Shown here piece after piece: positions 1 to 9,317 of a stretch of 32,000 nt of DNA. Every line of letters starts with the position of its first letter. The stretch's first letter is position 1. The position numbers and the translations under genes are program-made. The notes beneath the pieces were generated by a model. It was not told the origin of the DNA, did not search any database, and was given only the letters and a program-made list of their open reading frames with translations. This DNA comes from Nostoc sp. PCC 7120 = FACHB-418 (lineage in GTDB: Bacteria > Cyanobacteriota > Cyanobacteriia > Cyanobacteriales > Nostocaceae): NCBI RefSeq assembly GCF_000009705.1, contig NC_003272.1, positions 1,440,001 to 1,472,000 of the forward strand, in the 5' to 3' direction.

Positions 1-609
1 AGGTGCTACCTGTCCAGGAGGTATATTAGAAGACGTAACATCTGGTTTATTAATACCTGCATAAACGCCTAGAGTACCTATCAGCGTTACCATGCCCACG
101 ATCAAAGCAGTAAATAATATTTGTCCGATATCTTCCCAAGAGCGCCCAAGAATTGTTAGCACCAAAAGGCTGAGGGAGAATAAAGCCGAACTAATACAAT
201 AAAGGCACAGAGCTTTAATTTCAAATGCCAGTAAATACATTAAATAGCCACTGAAAACAGACATGGCGATCGCACCTACCAGCAGTAGCCACCATGTCAC
301 ATTTTCTAGTTGTTTGCGGCTGTTGTTGTCTCCACCTTTCCAAACAACAGGTGCTAACGCTAACACCAACATACTGGTGTATGCTAGAAACCCAAACAAG
401 GCTAATGGCTGTCCTAAAATTGTTGCCCAGGGGCTGGAAAGTACATCAGTACAACCCTTAGCACCAGCTTGTGCTACACAAGCAGGGCTACCTCCTGTTA
501 ACTTTTCTATAGTTAGATAACCGGTATTGAGAGCGCCAAATCCGGCGATCGCGGCAATTATTAGACGCGACCATTTATGAATCCAAGGAGTAGAACGGCG
601 GCGAATCAT
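1..609 (-). CDS. Vitamin K epoxide reductase (VKOR) family membrane protein, N-terminal part; the 3' end runs off the window
   Basis: Absent from the ORF track because the window edge truncates it. The reverse complement from ATG (609-607) reads MIRRRSTPWIHKWSRLIIAAIAGFGALNTGYLTIEKLTGGSPACVAQAGAKGCTDVLSSPWATILGQPLALFGFLAY...IKALCLYCISSALF and stays open to position 1. It has several hydrophobic helices, a loop Cys pair (C-x8-C), an SxWxxxxGxPxAxxGxxxY pattern and a CLYC (CxxC) redox motif, as in bacterial VKOR homologues. Confidence 0.75.
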   Translation of the reverse strand, partial: MIRRRSTPWIHKWSRLIIAAIAGFGALNTGYLTIEKLTGGSPACVAQAGAKGCTDVLSSPWATILGQPLALFGFLAYTSMLVLALAPVVWKGGDNNSRKQLENVTWWLLLVGAIAMSVFSGYLMYLLAFEIKALCLYCISSALFSLSLLVLTILGRSWEDIGQILFTALIVGMVTLIGTLGVYAGINKPDVTSSNIPPGQVAP

Positions 610-616
610 AAATTGC

Positions 617-685
617 GATTGGGTATTAAGGATTGGGGATTAGGGATTGGAGACTAAAAGAATTCCCAGTCACCAGTCCCCAGCA
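617..685. repeat. STRR-type heptamer repeats: G-rich units followed by C-rich units
   Basis: gattggg tattaag gattggg gattagg gattgga (617-651) is followed by cccagt caccagt ccccagc (about 665-685). The two halves are partly complementary. They lie between the btpA stop and the VKOR start. Confidence 0.7.
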
Positions 686-686
686 A

Positions 687-1535
687 TTACGAATGTATAG
701 TGATTGAGGAAACCGATTTGCTCTCACCTTTAGAGTTCCAACTCCGATGAGCAGCTTCCACAAATTGGCTGACGCGAATCGGGTCAATTGGTTGCTCGAT
801 TCGACCGTGACGTTTGAGTGAACTAGAAACAATTACACCGTTTGCAGCCTGCAACAGTGTAGCAATATTTTCCCAACTCGCCCCACTACCAATAAATACG
901 GGTGTGCCATTGGCAGCATCACAAGCTAATTCCAAATCTTCTTGATTGGGGGGGCTACCAGTAGCCCAGCCAGACAAAATCACCGCATCTGCCAAACCCC
1001 GCTCAATCGTGTCTTTTACCGCAACAGTCAGATTTGGTGAACTCAGTGGTCTAGCGTGCTTGACTAAGACATCAGCCAGGATTTGTACATCACTACCCAA
1101 TTCTCGCCGATAGCGCAATAATTCATGGGCTTCTCCCTCAATTAATCCTTGATCTGTCGCCATCACCCCAGTTAGAACGTTGACACGAATAAACTGGGCG
1201 CGGACACAGCTAGCGATCGCCATCGCACTTTTTCCATCATTTCGCAACACATTTAGACCGACCGGCAATGTCACCAAATTCTGTATTCTTTGCACGACAA
1301 CAGTCATGGCGCTAACAACGGCTGGATCAACCTGATTTTTAGTAAACGGCGCATCGAAAAAATTCTCTACGATAATACCGTTCACTCCGCCACTAGCCAG
1401 AGCCGTGGCTTCTTGTTCTGCCCGATCAATCACTGCTTTCAGGCTTCCTCCCCAACGGGGTGAGGTAGGCAGTGGGAGCAGATGAACCACGCCAATAATC
1501 GGTGTGCGAGTTTTAAATAGTTGATATAAGTCCAC
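687..1535 (-). CDS. btpA: BtpA/SgcQ family protein (photosystem I biogenesis protein BtpA)
   Basis: 282-aa ORF. N-terminus IIGVVHLLPLPTSPRW, then GVNGIIVENFFDAPF and a TIM-barrel-like pattern through VFIGSGAS, as remembered for the cyanobacterial BtpA family. Confidence 0.8.
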   Translation of the reverse strand: MDLYQLFKTRTPIIGVVHLLPLPTSPRWGGSLKAVIDRAEQEATALASGGVNGIIVENFFDAPFTKNQVDPAVVSAMTVVVQRIQNLVTLPVGLNVLRNDGKSAMAIASCVRAQFIRVNVLTGVMATDQGLIEGEAHELLRYRRELGSDVQILADVLVKHARPLSSPNLTVAVKDTIERGLADAVILSGWATGSPPNQEDLELACDAANGTPVFIGSGASWENIATLLQAANGVIVSSSLKRHGRIEQPIDPIRVSQFVEAAHRSWNSKGESKSVSSITIHS

Positions 1536-1552
1536 GTCTTTAACTATTGTCA

Positions 1553-1615
1553 GGGATTGGGGATTGGGTACTGGGGATTGGGTACTGGGGATTGGGTAAT
1601 GGGGATTGGGTATTC
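1553..1615. repeat. Tandem heptamer (14-bp period) STRR array
   Basis: Nine consecutive heptamers: gggattg gggattg ggtactg gggattg ggtactg gggattg ggtaatg gggattg ggtattc. They sit directly upstream of the btpA start, on the other strand. Confidence 0.9.
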
Positions 1616-2267
1616 AAAAAAATTCTCCCTCATTTCCTTCATCTTTCTTATCTCCCCTATGTTCCTTATCTCCCTCACCCCCAGCCCACATCATTAAATT
1701 TCGTTTTATGCAGGATATTTTACTACCTCCTCCTGAAGACAGAATTTGGCGCAAAACTTACCATAAGATATGTTAAGATAAAACCTGGCTACAAGAGGAG
1801 TTTGCCACTCACAACACGCAAGGCAGCTTCCCGTGGTTTAGGCACATCACCTGCGATTCATGTAGGTCAAGCCTGATCGTTAGGGTAGCATTACTGCTTT
1901 ATTGGGCGTAGTCGCAAGTGCGATTTCCCTGAGGGTAGCGACTTCTCACAACCAGCCCTTTGGGCGGCTTCCCGATGGGTAAATTAACAACGCATACGCT
2001 GCGGTAATGTAAAATACCAATAGGCGAATTGTTAAAAAACTTAAAGGTGTCGGATTTATCTCAAGACACTCAAAATTACCCTGGGAAACAAACTAATAAA
2101 AATATCATAACACGACCTGAAATAGTCAAGGTCACAGGTTTCAAGGCAGTTTTTGGCTGTGGATACACCCCACCAGATCGCTGTCAGTCAAGGGTGCGGA
2201 GGAAAAAAGCAAGACTATCGCGTTTTGTGTTTAATAACAAGAAAAGACTGGAAGTTTTTTTCAAAAT

Positions 2268-3590
2268 ATGGGTGAAAAGCCGACAATAGCAATTTCTCAC
2301 TTGGGCTGTGAGAAAAACCGAATTGATACAGAACATATGTTAGGCCTGCTGGTAAAAGCAGGTTATGGTGTAGATACAAATGAAGAATTAGCCGACTACG
2401 TAATAGTCAATACTTGTAGTTTTATCGAATCAGCCAGGGAAGAATCGGTTAGAACCTTAGTAGAACTCGCAGAAGCCAACAAAAAAATTGTAATTACGGG
2501 CTGTATGGCGCAGCACTTCCAAACACAATTATTGGAAGAGCTACCCGAAGCAGTGGCTGTAGTTGGTACAGGGGACTACCATAAAATAGTTAGCGTCATT
2601 GAGCGAGCAGAGCAAGGCGAACGGGTTACACTAGTTAGCGCCGAGCCAACCTATATCGCCGATGAAACGACCCCACGCTATCGAACTACTACCGAAGGTG
2701 TAGCCTACCTGCGAGTAGCCGAAGGGTGTGATTACCGTTGTGCATTTTGCATAATTCCCCACTTACGCGGAAACCAGCGATCGCGTACTATAGAATCTAT
2801 AGTTGCTGAAGCCGAGCAACTAGTAGCCCAAGGGGTGCAAGAGATCATTCTTATTTCCCAAATCACCACCAACTATGGGTTGGATATTTATGGTAAGCCC
2901 AAATTAGCCGAACTATTGCGTGCTTTAGGGAAAATTAATGTACCGTGGATTAGGATGCACTACGCCTATCCCACTGGATTAACCCCGGATGTGATAGCGG
3001 CAATTCAAGAAACGCCAAACGTCTTACCATATCTAGATTTGCCTCTACAACATTCTCATAGTGAAGTTCTTCGTAGCATGAACCGTCCCTGGCAAGGGCG
3101 AGTCAACGATGAAATCATCGAGCGCCTCAAGATAGCCATTCCAGGTGCTGTGTTACGGACAACATTTATAGTGGGCTTCCCTGGAGAAACAGAAGCACAG
3201 TTTGAGCATTTACTACAGTTCGTCCAACGGCATGAGTTTGATCATGTAGGTGTTTTTACCTTTTCCGCAGAAGAGGGAACCCCCGCTTACAAGTTACCAA
3301 ATCAACTGCCCCAAGAGGTGATGGATGAACGCCGCGATCGCCTCATGGCACTCCAGCAACCCATTTCTTGGCGAAAAAATCAGCAGGAAGTCGGCAAAAC
3401 CGTTGAAGTCCTGATTGAGCAAGAAAATCCTGAAAGTGGGAAATTAATTGGTCGTTCTGGCAGATTTTCTCCAGAAGTTGATGGTCAGGTCTACGTTGAT
3501 GGCGAGGCGAAGCTAGGAACCATTATCCCTGTGAAAATTCACAGTGCTGATGAGTATGACCTGTTTGGTCAAGTTGTCAGTCATAACTGA
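2268..3590 (+). CDS. rimO: Ribosomal protein S12 methylthiotransferase RimO (radical SAM, MiaB family)
   Basis: 440 aa. N-terminal UPF0004 cysteines (GCEKN..., NTCSF, GCMAQ), radical-SAM CDYRCAFC motif and a C-terminal TRAM-like domain. Size and motif pattern match RimO. Confidence 0.85.
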   Translation: MGEKPTIAISHLGCEKNRIDTEHMLGLLVKAGYGVDTNEELADYVIVNTCSFIESAREESVRTLVELAEANKKIVITGCMAQHFQTQLLEELPEAVAVVGTGDYHKIVSVIERAEQGERVTLVSAEPTYIADETTPRYRTTTEGVAYLRVAEGCDYRCAFCIIPHLRGNQRSRTIESIVAEAEQLVAQGVQEIILISQITTNYGLDIYGKPKLAELLRALGKINVPWIRMHYAYPTGLTPDVIAAIQETPNVLPYLDLPLQHSHSEVLRSMNRPWQGRVNDEIIERLKIAIPGAVLRTTFIVGFPGETEAQFEHLLQFVQRHEFDHVGVFTFSAEEGTPAYKLPNQLPQEVMDERRDRLMALQQPISWRKNQQEVGKTVEVLIEQENPESGKLIGRSGRFSPEVDGQVYVDGEAKLGTIIPVKIHSADEYDLFGQVVSHN

Positions 3591-3659
3591 TAGCTGATCA
3601 GTAGTACAACGTTTCGGTTTACAAGTCTAAAAGTAAAAAAGCAAAATCTAGGAGAGTTG

Positions 3660-5201
3660 ATGAACTTATCGTTTCCCGAACTAGGAATTTCCCAAGAACG
3701 CGTAGAACACTTAGAAAAACTTGGTTTTACTGCACCAACAAACATTCAAGCCCAAGCTATCCCCCAACTGTTGTCAGGACGGGATGTAGTTGGTCAATCA
3801 CAAACAGGTACAGGTAAAACAGCAGCATTTTCACTGCCAATTTTAGAGCGATTAGATCCTCAACAAAAAGCAGTACAAGCCATAGTTTTAACCCCAACCC
3901 GCGAATTAGCAATCCAAGTCCACGATGCAATGGCGCAATTCGTTGGTAACAGTGGATTACGGACTTTAGCAATTTACGGTGGTCAATCAATTGACCGTCA
4001 AATGCTACAACTCAAACGCGGCGTGCATATCGTCGTCGGTACACCAGGGCGAGTAATTGACCTACTAGAACGGGGTAACCTGAAGCTAGATCAAGTCAAG
4101 TGGTTTGTTTTGGATGAAGCCGATGAAATGTTAAGCATGGGCTTTATCGACGATGTGGAGAAAATTCTTTCTCAAGCACCCCAAGACCGTCAGACAGCTT
4201 TATTCTCAGCTACCATGCCACCATCAATTCGGATGTTGGTCAACAAGTTTTTGCGATCGCCCGTCACAGTCACCGTCGAGCAGCCAAAAGCCACCCCCAA
4301 TAAAATCAATCAGGTAGCTTATCTCATCCCCCGTCACTGGACAAAAGCCAGAGCCTTACAGCCAATTCTGGAAATGGAAGATCCAGAAACAGCTTTAATC
4401 TTTGTCCGCACCAGACGTACAGCCGCCGAACTCACCAGCCAACTGCAAGCAGCCGGTCACAGTGTAGACGAATATCATGGTGACCTGTCCCAACAAGCAC
4501 GGGAACGGTTATTAACTCGGTTCCGCAGCCGTCAAGTTCGCTGGGTAGTAGCAACTGACATTGCTGCACGGGGTTTAGATGTCGATCAACTATCTCATGT
4601 GATCAACTACGACCTACCCGATAGCGTCGAAACCTACGTCCACCGGATCGGTCGTACTGGTCGTGCTGGTAAAGAAGGTACAGCAATTACCTTAGTACAA
4701 CCCTTTGAGCGTCGCAAACAGCAAATTTTCGAGCGTCATGTCCGCCAAAATTGGCAATTGCTTTCCATTCCCACACGGGCGCAAATCGAAGCACGCCACA
4801 TCCTGAAATTGCAAGAGCAAGTCAGAGAAGCCTTAGCTGGTGAGCGTTTAGCTTCCTTCTTACCCATTGTCAGCGAATTGATCGAAAAATATGATGCTCA
4901 AGCGATCGCCGCAGCAGCGCTACAAATCGCTTACGATCAAACTCGTCCTGCTTGGTTAAGTACAGATGCCGAGATTCCCGAAGAAGTCGCATCTACTCCT
5001 AAACCCAAACTAGGCGGTAAGCGTCGTGAGTTTTCCGGTGACAGAGGTCGTTCCAATTGGAACAAATCTGACAATAACAACAGCGACGACGAAAGACGCG
5101 GTACTCCCAAACCAAAATTACGGACTGGCCGTCGTGAAACTTCCGCTACACCTAGCAATCCTAAGTTGGGTTCACCTGCTGCTAGAGAATCAGCTTCTTA
5201 G
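3660..5201 (+). CDS. DEAD-box ATP-dependent RNA helicase (DeaD/CsdA/Crh-like) with a basic C-terminal tail
   Basis: Q motif (GFTAPTNIQ), motif I SQTGTGKT, PTRELA, VLDEADEML (DEAD), SAT, motif VI HRIGRTGRAG. I prefer ATG 3660 with AGGAGA 4-9 nt upstream over the track's TTG at 3657. Confidence 0.9.
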   Translation: MNLSFPELGISQERVEHLEKLGFTAPTNIQAQAIPQLLSGRDVVGQSQTGTGKTAAFSLPILERLDPQQKAVQAIVLTPTRELAIQVHDAMAQFVGNSGLRTLAIYGGQSIDRQMLQLKRGVHIVVGTPGRVIDLLERGNLKLDQVKWFVLDEADEMLSMGFIDDVEKILSQAPQDRQTALFSATMPPSIRMLVNKFLRSPVTVTVEQPKATPNKINQVAYLIPRHWTKARALQPILEMEDPETALIFVRTRRTAAELTSQLQAAGHSVDEYHGDLSQQARERLLTRFRSRQVRWVVATDIAARGLDVDQLSHVINYDLPDSVETYVHRIGRTGRAGKEGTAITLVQPFERRKQQIFERHVRQNWQLLSIPTRAQIEARHILKLQEQVREALAGERLASFLPIVSELIEKYDAQAIAAAALQIAYDQTRPAWLSTDAEIPEEVASTPKPKLGGKRREFSGDRGRSNWNKSDNNNSDDERRGTPKPKLRTGRRETSATPSNPKLGSPAARESAS

Positions 5202-5294
5202 TCATTAGTCATAAGACTTTGAACTTAGCTAAGATAGCTAACTGTTTTGATCAGCTTGTAGGAACATAGATATAAATGGATTATTTCTCATCTT

Positions 5295-5873
5295 ATGTTC
5301 ACAATCTCAGATTTAGAGCAGCTACAAGCTGAACATCCAGAATGGCAGATGGAACTGGTGGACGGAAGTATTTTGGTTATGGGGCCATCAGATTATATTT
5401 CAGAAGAAATCGGCGCTGAGTTAATTCGATTGCTTGGCAACTGGGTTCGCCCACGTAAGTTAGGACGGGTAACTGGTTCTAGCGCTGGTTTTATTCTGCC
5501 TAGACTGGAAACGGAAAATGGCATCGAAGCTGATATAGAAAAGCGTAATCTCCGCGCTCCTGATGTATCTTTTGTGCGTGCGGAGAGACTAAAAATCAGC
5601 AAGCGTGATTTTGTGGAATTAGTCCCTGACTTGATGGTAGAAATTAAATCTAAATCAGACCGCATCAAGCCACTGGAAGAAAAAATTCAATTATTTTTAC
5701 AACTAGGGTCTACGGTGGGGATTCTCATCGACCCAGATAAATTAACATTAACTGTTTACAGAATTAATCAAGAGCCAGTAATTTTACAAAATAACGATAA
5801 ATTGACATTACCTGATTTACTTCCAGGTTGGGAGTTAACAGTATCAGAAATTTGGCCGCCTGTGTTTGAGTGA
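5295..5873 (+). CDS. Uma2 family (DUF820) putative PD-(D/E)xK endonuclease
   Basis: 192 aa. The pattern ELVDGSILVMGP...APDVSFV...VPDLMVEIKSKSD...K...LGSTVGILIDP...LTVY matches the Uma2 family, which is highly expanded in cyanobacteria. Confidence 0.75.
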   Translation: MFTISDLEQLQAEHPEWQMELVDGSILVMGPSDYISEEIGAELIRLLGNWVRPRKLGRVTGSSAGFILPRLETENGIEADIEKRNLRAPDVSFVRAERLKISKRDFVELVPDLMVEIKSKSDRIKPLEEKIQLFLQLGSTVGILIDPDKLTLTVYRINQEPVILQNNDKLTLPDLLPGWELTVSEIWPPVFE

Positions 5874-5936
5874 GATTGGGACAGGTTGCTTGTGTTCATA
5901 TCCCCAGTCCCCAATCCAAGGCAAAAGTAAAAAGGC

Positions 5937-5977
5937 AAAAGTAAAAAGATAAAAGATTTTTACTTTTTACTTTTTTT
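5937..5977. terminator. Long AT-rich hairpin between convergent genes (possible bidirectional terminator)
   Basis: aaaagtaaaaag(a)taaaa-gat-tttta-ctttttactttt: 5937-5954 pairs with 5958-5974, about 17 bp with one bulge and only two G:C pairs. T runs follow it on both strands. It lies between the Uma2 stop (5873) and the AKR stop (5996) and is flanked by ccccagtccccaatcc and gtccccaatccc. Confidence 0.45.
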
Positions 5978-5995
5978 GTCCCCAATCCCTAAGCG

Positions 5996-6943
5996 CTATT
6001 TCCAAGGACGACTAACTTTTTCTAACTCCTGAACTTCCTCATCATTTAATCTCCAACCTAAAGCGCCTGCATTTTGTCTTACCTGCTGGGCAGTTTTCAC
6101 TCCAGCAATGGGAATTACGTTACCTTGAGCGATTAACCAATTTAAAGCAACTTGGGCAGGAGTGCGATCGTATTTTTCCCCTAAGCTGCGTAGTAAAGAT
6201 ATCACTGGGGCAATTTTTTGCAATCCCTCTTTCTTAAATCTTGGGTCTATACTTCTAGCACCAGTTGGAACTTCATCACTGTCAGCAGAATATTTTCCTG
6301 TAAGTAAACCTTGTGCTAAGGGGCTGTAAGCCAAAATAGTTACATCCAACTCACGGGCAGTTGCAACAATCCCCTCAGTTTCTATTTGGCGGCTTACTAA
6401 AGAATAGCGGACTTGGTTCACTGCCAAAGGTACACCCCTAGCGGCTAATATTTGGTGAGCTTGGCGCATTTGGGAAGCTGAGTAATTACTCACACCCACG
6501 GCAGCAATCCTTCCCCGCTTCACTTCATCGGCTAAGGTGTTCATTAAAGTTTCTTGACTTAACAAAAAAGTAAATGGCCAATGCACCTGATACAAGTCCA
6601 CACGCTCAAGTTGCAGTCGCTTGAGGCTGTCTGTTAAAGCATCAGAAACAGATTGTCCTGAAAATCGCCAAGGTAAGGGGCCAAATTTTGTGGCAATTTG
6701 TACAGGTTGTTTTGCCTGTTTTACAAATTGCCCTAATAGTTCTTCTGATAGTCCTAGTCCGTAAACTTCTGCTGTGTCAAAGAAGGTAACACCAGCTTCT
6801 AAAGCGGCGGTGAATGCTTCTTGCAACTGTTCTGAACCGTAGCCATTGCCATAATTCCAAAACAGCTTATCTCCCCAAGCCCAAGTTCCAATACAAAGGG
6901 GTGTAACGGTAGGGCCATTTTTCCCTAAGGTAATTGTTTCCAC
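5996..6943 (-). CDS. Aldo/keto reductase family oxidoreductase
   Basis: 315 aa. GTWAWG near the N-terminus, FFDTAEVYG, LYQVHWP and IPIAGVK motifs are typical of the AKR superfamily. Confidence 0.85.
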   Translation of the reverse strand: METITLGKNGPTVTPLCIGTWAWGDKLFWNYGNGYGSEQLQEAFTAALEAGVTFFDTAEVYGLGLSEELLGQFVKQAKQPVQIATKFGPLPWRFSGQSVSDALTDSLKRLQLERVDLYQVHWPFTFLLSQETLMNTLADEVKRGRIAAVGVSNYSASQMRQAHQILAARGVPLAVNQVRYSLVSRQIETEGIVATARELDVTILAYSPLAQGLLTGKYSADSDEVPTGARSIDPRFKKEGLQKIAPVISLLRSLGEKYDRTPAQVALNWLIAQGNVIPIAGVKTAQQVRQNAGALGWRLNDEEVQELEKVSRPWK

Positions 6944-7014
6944 GATCGCCAGATTTAATTTAGTTACATTTCTTTACTTTCCTAGTGTAACGTTATGATA
7001 AAAATCCGATGAAA

Positions 7015-8142
7015 TCATTGCTTCCGCCGTGTATAGCCAATGCCATCAAGCCAAATGGCACTCTGGGAATTTTTTGGATCAGTGATCAAGATACGACGTT
7101 CTTCTGAGCCATCTTCGTAGGTAATTTGTAGAGTTAGTCCTTGGACACGATAACGACCACGCTGATTTGGTGCGGTGCTGCTAGTGACAGTTGATGAGCC
7201 ACCACCTTCCGTGCGTCCACCAGCACCGCCACCACGCACGACTCGGCCATCAGCCCAGAAACGATAGTCCCTCCAAGCGCTAACAGACTGACTACCTCCA
7301 ATTGCGACTGTCCCTGTGCCAGAGAGTGAGCGAAAGAGTCCATCCAACTTGAAGTTATCTGGCAATTTCGGGTAGGTTGTTGGGAAGGATAAAGCGTTCC
7401 ATTTACCCTTTTGTGCAAGTTGCAGTTTGCCACCTTGACGACGCCAACGTGTCCATTTACCAGGATGTGCGCGTTTATGAGCTTCAATACCACCTGCAAA
7501 GGAAAGCCCTTTGACATCAGTAAGTGCATCACCGTTGCGAAAGAGAACAACCGGATAAATATCTGTGGTCAAAAAACCACCAATACCCATTACCGTCCGA
7601 GAATTGAAGCCGAAGCGATCAATTTGAGCTAGAGTTTTGCTGTCTGACGGGGAAGAAGTAACTCTAAAGGTGTTGGTAGGGGATGGAACAACTTTTTGGG
7701 GTACTTTAGACGGGCTACTTGGTGCAAGAAGTTGTGGTGACACCGTGGCGAACTGTGCATTGGGCAGATCAGACACCAACAGTGCTAAATTACACGCATC
7801 AAGATTAGTTCCCTGTTCTGCAATTTTTTCCGTGACTTGAACCACAGCCTGCTCAAGTTTCTGCTTTTGGGTGGGATATCGATCAAGTTCACGCAGATGC
7901 AACCGAAGCTGTCCGACACCGTTTGCGGTTTGCCAAGCCTCGATTTTGGCAGCATGACTAGGCGTAAAACCACTACCTTGCTTGCATTTTGTAGCGAAGT
8001 AGTCAAATGTCATCAGCGTTAGTGCAGCTTGGATAAACGGCTCGCTTGTGACATCTGTGCTTTGTGCGTATACACCTTGCACCGCAGACAATGAAAACGC
8101 CAGAGTCATTGATATGGGATGGATTCGCTTATACAGTCTCAT
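7015..8142 (-). CDS. Secreted hypothetical protein (signal peptide, helical N-domain, P/S linker, Gly-rich C-domain)
   Basis: 375-aa ORF. The N-terminus MRLYKRIHPISMTLAFSLSAVQGVYAQS looks like a Sec signal peptide with an AXA-type cleavage site. I recognise no family motif. Confidence 0.6.
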   Translation of the reverse strand: MRLYKRIHPISMTLAFSLSAVQGVYAQSTDVTSEPFIQAALTLMTFDYFATKCKQGSGFTPSHAAKIEAWQTANGVGQLRLHLRELDRYPTQKQKLEQAVVQVTEKIAEQGTNLDACNLALLVSDLPNAQFATVSPQLLAPSSPSKVPQKVVPSPTNTFRVTSSPSDSKTLAQIDRFGFNSRTVMGIGGFLTTDIYPVVLFRNGDALTDVKGLSFAGGIEAHKRAHPGKWTRWRRQGGKLQLAQKGKWNALSFPTTYPKLPDNFKLDGLFRSLSGTGTVAIGGSQSVSAWRDYRFWADGRVVRGGGAGGRTEGGGSSTVTSSTAPNQRGRYRVQGLTLQITYEDGSEERRILITDPKNSQSAIWLDGIGYTRRKQ

Positions 8143-8229
8143 GTAATGAACCTAACAATTGAGTTGCACTGAGTTTGATTCACTTTGAGAATATAGTATG
8201 CCGCGATCGCTTAACAATTATTTATTGCC

Positions 8230-9282
8230 TTAAGCTACTTGAAAATTACTTCCTTCCTCTACAAGTTCATAACCATGAGTTAGCTTTTCAGTGGCTTGGT
8301 CAATCAAATCTAAACCTTGTTGCACTGTTTCCACCAGACTTAATTGTCCACGCAACTCAGCCGCACCGACAAAACCCTTAGCATACCAAGTCATGTGCTT
8401 ACGGGCTTGACGGACACCGCGATCGCCTTTATATTCCCATAAGGCTTGTAAATGATCTCTGGCACATTCCAAACGTTGAATTGGGGTTGGTGCTGGCAAG
8501 AGTTCACCAGTCTTGAAGAAATGGTCAATTTCTCCCACCAAAAAGGGATAACCCAAAGTCCCACGGGAACACATCACACCATCAGCACCCGTTTCTTCTA
8601 AACATTTCACCGCCGATTCCACAGAAAATATATCGCCATTACCAATCACCGGGATGGACAGTATTTCTTTCACACGGGCTATCCATTCCCAACGGGCGTT
8701 ACCATTGTAACCTTGAGCGCGGGTGCGTCCATGCACCGTAATCATTTGCGCTCCCGCATCTTCCATCCGCTTGGCAAAATCGAGAATGGTAATTTCTCTG
8801 TCATTCCAACCAATCCGGGTTTTGACTGTGACCGGCACATTAACAGCTTTTACTACTTCCCGCACGATGGCTTCTGCAACTTCCGGCTGTCGTAATAAAG
8901 AGGAACCACCACCGTTTTTGGTAATTTTATTTACCGGACACCCCATATTGATATCAATCGTATCAGCGCCTTCCGCCACGGCTTTGATTGCTGCTTCTGC
9001 CAAAAAATCGGGACGACAATCAAACAATTGAATGCTAATCGGTCGCTCCTTGGGGTCTACCTCCATGATTTTTGGTAACTGCTTGACATAGTGTAAACCC
9101 GTAGCATTCACCATTTCCGTGTACATCATCGAATCTGGTGCATAGCGACGTACCAAGCGACGAAATACCATATCTGTCACCCCCGATAAAGGCAACTGAA
9201 GGACTCGGCTTTTAACTACAAAGGAGCCGATTTTTAGGGGTTGGGAAAGTCTAGCTTGTAGGTTGGGGGACAGAGTAACCAT
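8230..9282 (-). CDS. dusB: tRNA-dihydrouridine synthase (DusB-like)
   Basis: 350 aa. DINMGCP, VTVKTRIGW, HGRTRAQGYNG, IPVIGNGDI and the C-terminal helical ARKHMTWY motif are as in the Dus family. Confidence 0.85.
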   Translation of the reverse strand: MVTLSPNLQARLSQPLKIGSFVVKSRVLQLPLSGVTDMVFRRLVRRYAPDSMMYTEMVNATGLHYVKQLPKIMEVDPKERPISIQLFDCRPDFLAEAAIKAVAEGADTIDINMGCPVNKITKNGGGSSLLRQPEVAEAIVREVVKAVNVPVTVKTRIGWNDREITILDFAKRMEDAGAQMITVHGRTRAQGYNGNARWEWIARVKEILSIPVIGNGDIFSVESAVKCLEETGADGVMCSRGTLGYPFLVGEIDHFFKTGELLPAPTPIQRLECARDHLQALWEYKGDRGVRQARKHMTWYAKGFVGAAELRGQLSLVETVQQGLDLIDQATEKLTHGYELVEEGSNFQVA

Positions 9283-9317
9283 AGAGGCAATTCAAAATAC
9301 CAAATCAATCTTAACTG

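Noticed and set aside
263-520. 85-aa plus-strand ORF from the track
   Set aside because: It lies entirely antisense to the much better supported VKOR-family frame on the minus strand, which has membrane helices and a CxxC motif. Its composition is low-complexity with no motifs.
626-832. 68-aa minus-strand ORF overlapping the btpA 3' end and the STRR repeat
   Set aside because: It is out of frame with btpA, and its C-terminus is the translated heptamer repeat.
1547-1876. 109-aa plus-strand ORF
   Set aside because: Its N-terminal third is simply the translation of the heptamer STRR array (GIGDWVLGIGYWGLGNGDW). There is no start context or recognisable fold, so it is most likely non-coding.
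1938-1960. Yfr1-like sRNA motif (acttctcacaac resembles the conserved ACUCCUCACAC)
   Set aside because: The match is imperfect. The flanking stems are weak, and there is no terminator hairpin with a U-tail downstream.
2029-2289. 86-aa ORF overlapping the rimO start
   Set aside because: It begins with a non-ATG start in AT-rich leader sequence, is Lys/Arg-rich low complexity and runs into rimO in another frame. It looks like an intergenic artefact.
3660-5873. DEAD-box helicase plus Uma2 nuclease as a defence gene pair
   Set aside because: The helicase has the full housekeeping DeaD/Crh-type motif set and follows rimO closely. Uma2 genes are scattered in dozens of copies in cyanobacterial genomes. 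The two genes are 93 nt apart with no sign of coupling, so nothing beyond adjacency supports a system.
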